This document shows positions 57,737 to 64,000 of a DNA stretch of 64,000 bases, one piece after another. The stretch's first letter is position 1. Each line of letters starts with the position of its first letter. Below the pieces are notes generated by a model. That model had not been told where the DNA came from and made no database searches. It worked only from the letters and a program-made list of their open reading frames with translations. The position numbers were made by a program, and so were the translations under genes. The stretch is from Ruminococcus sp. GTDB taxonomy: Bacteria; Bacillota; Clostridia; Oscillospirales; Ruminococcaceae. The stretch covers positions 13,439-77,438 of the forward strand of contig JAFYUM010000011.1 of assembly GCA_017558505.1 (NCBI GenBank), given 5' to 3'.

Positions 57737-59083
57737 TCAGTCCATTCTGTTTTCCATATCCGTATATGCTCTTACAGGCGATATTGCCTTGTAAGCAGGA
57801 CGGATAATCTTATTGGAGTTGATAAGCTCTTCGATACGGTGTGCAGACCAGCCGGCAATACGTGATATTGCAAAAAGTGGCGTAAACAGTTCGTCAGGTA
57901 TGCCAAGCATACGATAAACAAATCCGCTGTAGAAGTCTACGTTTGCACATACGCCCTTGTAAATGCGTCTTTCCTCGGCGATAACCTGTGGAGCAAGGCG
58001 TTCAACCATAGCGTAAAGATTAAATTCGTCGTGGAGTCCCTTTTCGTTGCTGAGCTTCTCAACAAATCCCTTGAATACAGTTGCTCTGGGATCAGAGTGT
58101 GAGTATACAGCGTGTCCCATACCGTAGATAAGGCCAGCCTGGTCGAAAGCTTCCTTGTGAAGCAGCTTTTTCAGATATTCCTTTACCTCGTTTTCGTCTG
58201 TCCAGTCCTTGACATTTTTCTTCATATCGTCAAACATAAGTGCAACCTTGATATTTGCACCGCCGTGTTTGGGTCCTTTGAGAGAGCCTAAAGCTGCTGC
58301 AATAGCGGAATAGGTATCAGTTCCCGATGAAGATACAACGTGAACTGTGAATGTAGAGTTGTTTCCGCCGCCATGTTCAGCGTGAAGTACAAGTGCCATA
58401 TCAAGAATACGTGCTTCCAGTTCTGTATATTTTTTATCGGGACGGAGCATATAGAGCAGATTTTCTGCAATTGAAAGCTCAGGGTTTGGATCGTGGATGA
58501 AGAAGCTTCCGCCGCTTCGTGTATATCTGTATGTGTGATAGCCATAAACCGCAAGCAGAGGGAACAGCGTAATAAGTGAAACACTCTGTCTTAATACGTT
58601 GGGGATAGTTATGTTATTTGCGTCGTCATCGTAGGAATAGAGGGCAAGAACAGATTTTGCAAGAATATTCATCATGTTGTCGCTGGGGGATTTCATTATG
58701 ATATCCCTTATAAAAGTGGAGGGGAGATTTCTCGCTTCAACGAGAATTTTTCTGAATTTGTCAAGTTCTGCAGCTGTCGGCATTTCCCCGAATAAAAGGA
58801 GGTATATAGTTTCTTCAAAGCCGAAACGCTTTTCCTTGATAAATCCGTTTACAATATCCTCAACGTCAATACCACGGTAGAAAAGTTTTCCGTGACCGTT
58901 TTCGTCTACGTTTATAGTGCTGATGTTGGTAAGACCTGCAACAACTCCGTTACCGTTGATATCACGCAGACCTCTTTTTACGTCATATTGGGTATAAAGC
59001 GTCGGGTCAATGCGGTATCCTTCAATTGATTTGTCAGCAAGTCCTTTTATTTCGGGTGTGAGTTCGATTAAGCCATAGCCCAT
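57737..59083 (-). CDS. gltA: Citrate synthase (Si-type family)
   Basis: LFYRG, LHAEHGGGNNSTF, GPKHGGAN, YGMGHAVY..DPR, NVDFYSG; promoter TTGACA-17-TATAAT at 59168-59140. Confidence 0.93.
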   Translation of the reverse strand: MGYGLIELTPEIKGLADKSIEGYRIDPTLYTQYDVKRGLRDINGNGVVAGLTNISTINVDENGHGKLFYRGIDVEDIVNGFIKEKRFGFEETIYLLLFGEMPTAAELDKFRKILVEARNLPSTFIRDIIMKSPSDNMMNILAKSVLALYSYDDDANNITIPNVLRQSVSLITLFPLLAVYGYHTYRYTRSGGSFFIHDPNPELSIAENLLYMLRPDKKYTELEARILDMALVLHAEHGGGNNSTFTVHVVSSSGTDTYSAIAAALGSLKGPKHGGANIKVALMFDDMKKNVKDWTDENEVKEYLKKLLHKEAFDQAGLIYGMGHAVYSHSDPRATVFKGFVEKLSNEKGLHDEFNLYAMVERLAPQVIAEERRIYKGVCANVDFYSGFVYRMLGIPDELFTPLFAISRIAGWSAHRIEELINSNKIIRPAYKAISPVRAYTDMENRMD

Positions 59084-59248
59084 GATTTTGTCCTCCTTTT
59101 TGTTTTAATACATCGGGTAGAATAGTGTGTGATATATACATTATAACATATACAGCTATATTTGTCAAGAGAGGTTCTTTGCCGTGTGAATTTCTGTTCA
59201 AAAGTAACATAATAATGACATACATAATATGTACATATTTATTTAATT

Positions 59249-59645
59249 TTACAATATAGATATAAAGCTTTCAATTGAGTCCGTGCCGCCTATTGAAGTG
59301 TAGGCGTAATATGCAAGAGAAAGAGAAGCGTCTGTAGAGTCGTATTTGCTGTCGCTGTTTATATCGGCTGATTTTTTTCTGCTACGTCAATTTCTGATAC
59401 GCTAAAAATTTCATTTTCAGAAAGGATACCGTTACAGTCTTCGTCGAAGCTTTCTGCAACATATTGGCGGAAATCCGGATCGGGGAAAGTGAGTTCGCTG
59501 ATTTCCACATTTCCGACAACAATTTCTCCTGCTGCGTTTGATTTGAAATCATTGACAGTTAAAGTTCCCTTTGGCATATATGAAAATGCACCTGAACAAA
59601 TCAGCAATGCTGTTGAAAAAGCTGTGAACTGTTTTATTTTTTCAT
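59249..59645 (-). pseudogene. Internally deleted, frameshifted LRR-dockerin gene remnant
   Basis: GGGAGG RBS then ATG AAA AAA TAA (one A missing); signal peptide; FPDPDFRQYV...DEDCNGILS LRR-cap motif; then, out of frame, dockerin half SADINSDSKYDSTDASLSLAYYAYTS. Confidence 0.75.
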
Positions 59646-59736
59646 TTGTAATTCCTCCCTGCTACTTATGCTTGGATATGTTATTATATCATACATTTAC
59701 AAGAAATGCAAGAAATACATTTTCACAGAAAATTCA

Positions 59737-59765
59737 TTGACAATAAATTTAAATGGTGTTATACT
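59737..59765 (+). promoter_or_regulatory. sigmaA promoter of the ABC heterodimer
   Basis: TTGACA-17-TATACT with TGn. Confidence 0.7.
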
Positions 59766-59815
59766 TTTATAGTACGAAAAAATAATATATTGTATCGGAA
59801 AGGAGAAGTGATACA

Positions 59816-61552
59816 ATGCTGAAAAAGCTGTTGTCCTATGTGGGTGATTACAAAAAGCAGGCAATTCTGTGTCCGCTTACAATTCTCGGAGAGGTTGCTA
59901 TGGAGGTGCTTATACCCTACGTTATGGCTTCTATAATCAACGAGGGTATACGAAAGGAAAATGTAAAGCACGTGGCACTTATGGGTGTGCTTATGGTGGG
60001 AATGGCTCTTGTTTCCCTTGCTTTCGGAGCTATTGCAGGCAGATTTTCCGCAGTTGCCGCTGTGGGATTTGCTAAAAATCTCCGTAAGGCACTTTTTGAA
60101 AAGGTACAGGGATTTTCCTTTGCAAATGTGGATAAATTCTCCACAGCCTCACTTACAACACGTCTTACAACGGACGTTTCAAATGTGCAGAACTCTTTTA
60201 TGATGTTCATCAGAACAGCTGTAAGAGCGCCTATGATGCTTATTTTCGCATTTATTATGGCACTTACTACCAACGCAAGGCTTTCGCTGGTTTTTGTGTG
60301 TGCAATTCCCGTTCTTGCAATCGCTATAGCCGCTGTAATGACAAAAGCACATCCAAGATTTAAAAAAATGCTGTCACTGTATGACAATATGAATGGCAGA
60401 GTTCAGGAAAATCTCATAGGTATCCGCACGGTAAAGGCATTTGTACGTGAGGATTACGAAAAGAAGAAATTCACCGACAGTACCGAGTCAGTACGTGCAG
60501 CACAGGTCAATGCTGAAAAGCTTGTTATTATGACAATGCCATTTATGCAGATCTGTATGTATGCAAGTACAGTTGCAATTCTGTTTTTCGGCGGGCACCT
60601 CATTGTGGGCGGTGATATGCTCACAGGTGATTTAACCCAGTTTATTACATACGTAACACAGATACTTATGTCCCTTATGATGCTTTCGTTCCTCTTTATG
60701 ATGTTCGTTATCTCAAGGGCTTCAATGCAGCGTATTCATGAGGTGCTTACAGAGGAGATTGATATTGTATCCCCGGAAAATGCTGTAACAGAGGTAGCAA
60801 ACGGCTCTATAAGCTTTAAGAACGTATCATTCAGCTATTTCAAGGATATGAATAATCTTGCTCTTGATAAAATCAATCTTGATATAAAATCGGGTGAAAC
60901 GATAGGTATTATCGGTGGTACAGGTTCATCAAAAACAAGCCTTGTACAGCTTATTCCGCGACTTTATGATACTACAGAGGGTGAAGTTCTCGTAGGCGAC
61001 AGAAATGTCCGTGAATATGACCTTGAAGCCCTCCGAAATCAGGTTGCAATGGTATTGCAGAAGAATGTGCTGTTTTCAGGTACTATCAAGGATAATCTGA
61101 AGTGGGGAAATGCCGAGGCTACCGATGAGGAAATCATAGAAGCCTGCAAGCAGGCTTGCGCCCACGATTTTATCACATCGTTCCCGGACGGCTATGAGCA
61201 GAATTTAGGGCAGGGTGGTGTAAATGTATCGGGCGGACAAAAGCAAAGACTCTGTATTGCCCGTGCATTGCTGAAAAAGCCGAAGATACTCATTCTTGAT
61301 GACTCCACAAGTGCAGTTGACACCGCAACGGACGCAAGCATAAGAAAGGCGTTCCGTGAAAATCTCGGAGATGTAACAACATTTATAATAGCACAGCGTA
61401 TTTCTTCCGTAAAGGACGCAGACAGAATTGTTGTTATGGATGACGGAAAAATCACAGATGTGGGTACTCATGATGAACTTCTGAAAACAAGTGAGATTTA
61501 CCGTGAGGTATATGATTCACAGCAGAAAGGCGGTGACGCTGATGCCTCCTAA
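59816..61552 (+). CDS. Heterodimeric multidrug-type ABC exporter, subunit with degenerate Walker B
   Basis: TMD, GGTGSSKTS, VSGGQ, ILILDD. Confidence 0.9.
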   Translation: MLKKLLSYVGDYKKQAILCPLTILGEVAMEVLIPYVMASIINEGIRKENVKHVALMGVLMVGMALVSLAFGAIAGRFSAVAAVGFAKNLRKALFEKVQGFSFANVDKFSTASLTTRLTTDVSNVQNSFMMFIRTAVRAPMMLIFAFIMALTTNARLSLVFVCAIPVLAIAIAAVMTKAHPRFKKMLSLYDNMNGRVQENLIGIRTVKAFVREDYEKKKFTDSTESVRAAQVNAEKLVIMTMPFMQICMYASTVAILFFGGHLIVGGDMLTGDLTQFITYVTQILMSLMMLSFLFMMFVISRASMQRIHEVLTEEIDIVSPENAVTEVANGSISFKNVSFSYFKDMNNLALDKINLDIKSGETIGIIGGTGSSKTSLVQLIPRLYDTTEGEVLVGDRNVREYDLEALRNQVAMVLQKNVLFSGTIKDNLKWGNAEATDEEIIEACKQACAHDFITSFPDGYEQNLGQGGVNVSGGQKQRLCIARALLKKPKILILDDSTSAVDTATDASIRKAFRENLGDVTTFIIAQRISSVKDADRIVVMDDGKITDVGTHDELLKTSEIYREVYDSQQKGGDADAS

Positions 61553-63434
61553 GAAGAATATGGCGCCCGTACAGAAACCCAAGGATGTAAAGGGCATAAT
61601 CAAGCGTATTTTCAGCTATATGTACGGCTTTAAAATTCACTTTTTCCTTGTTGTGGCTGGTGTAATATTCAGTGCCCTTGCAGGAATTGCAGGAAACGCA
61701 TTGCTTACACCTCTTGTTAATAATATAGAGGAAGCCTGCACCACAGGAACATGGGAAAAGGGTAAATTCATTGGAATACTTGCCTTAATGGGCGTAATTT
61801 ACGTCTTTGGAGCACTTTGTACACTGCTTTTTCAGCGTATGATGATGAAGATTTCTACCACAACCCTTATGCGTATACGTAACGACCTGTTCAACAAAAT
61901 GGAGTCGCTGCCTGTAAAATTCTTTGATAAGCGTACTCACGGCGAACTGATGTCCCTTTACACAAATGATACTGATACTCTCCGTGAAATGATGAGCAAC
62001 AGTATTGCCAATGTTATCAGCTCCGCAATTACAATTGTAGGTGTGTTTGCCCTTATGGTGGCATACAGTTGGATTTTAACAATTATTGTAATCGTAATGC
62101 TCTTTATAATTGTAGGAGTAATTGGTGCAATCGGCTCACGAAGCGGTGCAGGCTTTATTGCACAGCAGAAAGCTATAGGTAAGGCAAATGGCTATATTGA
62201 GGAGCTTATTGACGGTCAGAAGGTTGTAAAGGTATTCTGTCATGAGGATGCGGCAAATGAGGAATTTGACAAGCTGAACAACGAACTCTGTGAAGCGGCA
62301 ACAAAGGCAAATACCTTTGCCAATATCCTTATGCCGATTATGAATAACCTTTCTTATCTCCACTATGCGGCAACTGCAATAGTGGGCGGTATTATGGCTG
62401 TAAGCGGCTTTGGTGGTATGAATATCGGCAAGCTTATATCATATCTTCAGTTTACACGACAGTTTGCACAGCCTATTACGCAGGTTTCACAGCAGCTCAA
62501 TGCAGTTCTTACTGCTCTTGCAGGTGCGGAGAGAATTTTTGCGGTAATTGATGAAGAACCTGAAGCTGATGAGGGATATGTAACCCTTGTAAGCGCTGTA
62601 AGAGGTGCTGACGGAAAGCTTGCGGAATCTGCAGAAAAAACAGGCTTATGGGCATGGAAGCATCCACATAAGGCTGACGGTTCTGTGACTTATACAGAGG
62701 TAAGAGGACACGTTGAATTTGACGATGTAGTTTTCGGCTATGAACCTGAAAAAATCGTTCTCAACGGAATAAGTCTTTACGCTGATGCAGGGCAGAAAAT
62801 CGCATTTGTAGGCTCAACCGGAGCAGGCAAGACGACTATTACAAATCTGATTAACCGTTTTTATGACGTTCCCGACGGAAAAATCAGATATGACGGAATT
62901 AACATCAACAAGATAAAAAAGAGCGATTTAAGACGCTCCCAGTCCATAGTATTGCAGGATACCCACCTTTTCACTGGTACGGTTATGGACAATATCCGTT
63001 ACGGTAAGCTTGATGCAACAGATGAGGAAGTTTACGCAGCAGCAAAGCTTGCAAATGCCCACGGCTTTATAACACACCTTGAAAACGGCTATAATACAAT
63101 GCTTACAGCTGACGGAGCAAATCTTTCGCAGGGACAAAGACAGCTCCTTGCAATTGCAAGAGCAGCTATTGCAAATCCTCCTGTGCTTATCCTTGACGAG
63201 GCTACAAGTTCAATTGATACAAGAACGGAAGCCCTTATTGAAAAGGGTATGGATTCTCTTATGGAGGGACGCACCGTGTTTGTAATTGCTCACCGTTTGT
63301 CAACAGTTCGCAATTCCAAGGCGATTATGGTGCTGGAGAAAGGTAAAATTATCGAGCGTGGCTCTCACGATGATCTTATTGCTCAGAAGGGTAAATATTA
63401 TCAGCTTTATACGGGTATGTTCGAGCTGTCATAA
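61542..63434 (+). CDS. Heterodimeric ABC exporter, subunit with consensus Walker B
   Basis: TMD, GSTGAGKTT, LSQGQ, VLILDE; overlaps the preceding gene. Confidence 0.9.
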   Translation: MPPKKNMAPVQKPKDVKGIIKRIFSYMYGFKIHFFLVVAGVIFSALAGIAGNALLTPLVNNIEEACTTGTWEKGKFIGILALMGVIYVFGALCTLLFQRMMMKISTTTLMRIRNDLFNKMESLPVKFFDKRTHGELMSLYTNDTDTLREMMSNSIANVISSAITIVGVFALMVAYSWILTIIVIVMLFIIVGVIGAIGSRSGAGFIAQQKAIGKANGYIEELIDGQKVVKVFCHEDAANEEFDKLNNELCEAATKANTFANILMPIMNNLSYLHYAATAIVGGIMAVSGFGGMNIGKLISYLQFTRQFAQPITQVSQQLNAVLTALAGAERIFAVIDEEPEADEGYVTLVSAVRGADGKLAESAEKTGLWAWKHPHKADGSVTYTEVRGHVEFDDVVFGYEPEKIVLNGISLYADAGQKIAFVGSTGAGKTTITNLINRFYDVPDGKIRYDGININKIKKSDLRRSQSIVLQDTHLFTGTVMDNIRYGKLDATDEEVYAAAKLANAHGFITHLENGYNTMLTADGANLSQGQRQLLAIARAAIANPPVLILDEATSSIDTRTEALIEKGMDSLMEGRTVFVIAHRLSTVRNSKAIMVLEKGKIIERGSHDDLIAQKGKYYQLYTGMFELS

Positions 63435-63455
63435 ATTTCAATGATAGGTATAACT

Positions 63456-63490
63456 AAAAGCAGGGCGACTATTCTTCGCCCTGCTTTTTT
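63456..63490. terminator. Bidirectional terminator; pnuC stop codon lies in its loop
   Basis: AAAAGCAGGGCGA-CTATTCT-TCGCCCTGCTTTT. Confidence 0.8.
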
Positions 63491-64000
63491 TCCATTTTCT
63501 TCCAGTTTATAAATCCGTACAAATCATTTATCAGAAATGCCGCGAAGCAGACAGCAACAGATATTCCTGATTTGTTGTGCTTTGCTGCCATTATCCACAT
63601 GATTATCAGCACAATATCATTAGCGGCATACCCTACCGCATAAAACGGACTTCTGCGGAATGTAAGGTAAACCGCAAAAAAACTTGTTGCCACAGATAAT
63701 GTGCTGAAAAACATATTTGCCGTATTGAAATAATCAAGTATAAAATAAAACATCACAGTTACCGTTGCTGTGAGGACTGCCACAAAAAAATACTCGCTCA
63801 TTTTCAGCTGATTTACGGCAACCTCTGATTTGTTTCCCTTATAGGGATTTTTCAGCCATGAAACAAGAGCAATAACTGCCATAGGCATAGTCATTCCCAG
63901 ATATGTCACCATTTCGCCATAATAGGCGAATTTGTATGAGATTATGCCGTAAAGCAGGCTGAAAATTACCATAAGTACCTGCCCGAATGGATTGCCCTTG
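63469..64000 (-). CDS. pnuC: PnuC-family nicotinamide riboside/vitamin transporter (5' part off the window)
   Basis: KGNPFGQVL, YYGEMVTYL, WLKNPY, DTLS-like STLSVATSF, FRRSP, NDLYGFINW. Confidence 0.75.
   Translation of the reverse strand, partial: KGNPFGQVLMVIFSLLYGIISYKFAYYGEMVTYLGMTMPMAVIALVSWLKNPYKGNKSEVAVNQLKMSEYFFVAVLTATVTVMFYFILDYFNTANMFFSTLSVATSFFAVYLTFRRSPFYAVGYAANDIVLIIMWIMAAKHNKSGISVAVCFAAFLINDLYGFINWKKMEKKQGEE

Overview
AT-moderate Firmicutes chromosome segment, most likely a Ruminococcus-like (Oscillospiraceae) fibre degrader, judged from dockerin-bearing surface proteins, cellobiose phosphorylase, sigmaA promoters and GGAGG RBSs. From left to right: a fatty-acid synthesis cluster (accD-accC-fabZ-accB-fabF-fabG-DUF4177-fabK-fabH on minus; fabD-aroE-aroK on plus); housekeeping genes (guaB, purB, rimM, trmD, ptsH, spoIVB); an odd hybrid ABC locus with two giant lipoprotein SBPs, each followed by a TGTC repeat array; tRNA-Gly/Arg/His; and a GT-C membrane protein. 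An AT-rich 12.5-kb accessory region (33.2-45.8 kb) is the main discovery. It is a putative RiPP system: two radical SAM/SPASM enzymes, four paralogous 76-79 aa Cys/aromatic precursors, a cytoplasmic S8 peptidase with an ACP-like tail, an exporter, an FtsX/LolD-type ABC pair, a GyrI-like protein and a LytTR/AgrC-type two-component system. The same promoter geometry (GTTTACTC-N13-repeat-N36-TATAAT) drives both the rSAM operon and an unannotated 13-aa micro-ORF (MSKLVEWLNSLWY) with its own RBS and terminator, a candidate signalling peptide. The right part holds LRR-dockerin, M60-like and DUF3810 zincin genes, an LPQTG protein with a sortase, a dockerin-only protein, cbp, aldose epimerase, citrate synthase, a deleted LRR-dockerin pseudogene, a heterodimeric ABC exporter and a partial pnuC. 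All assignments come from motif recognition by eye; no database searches were run.
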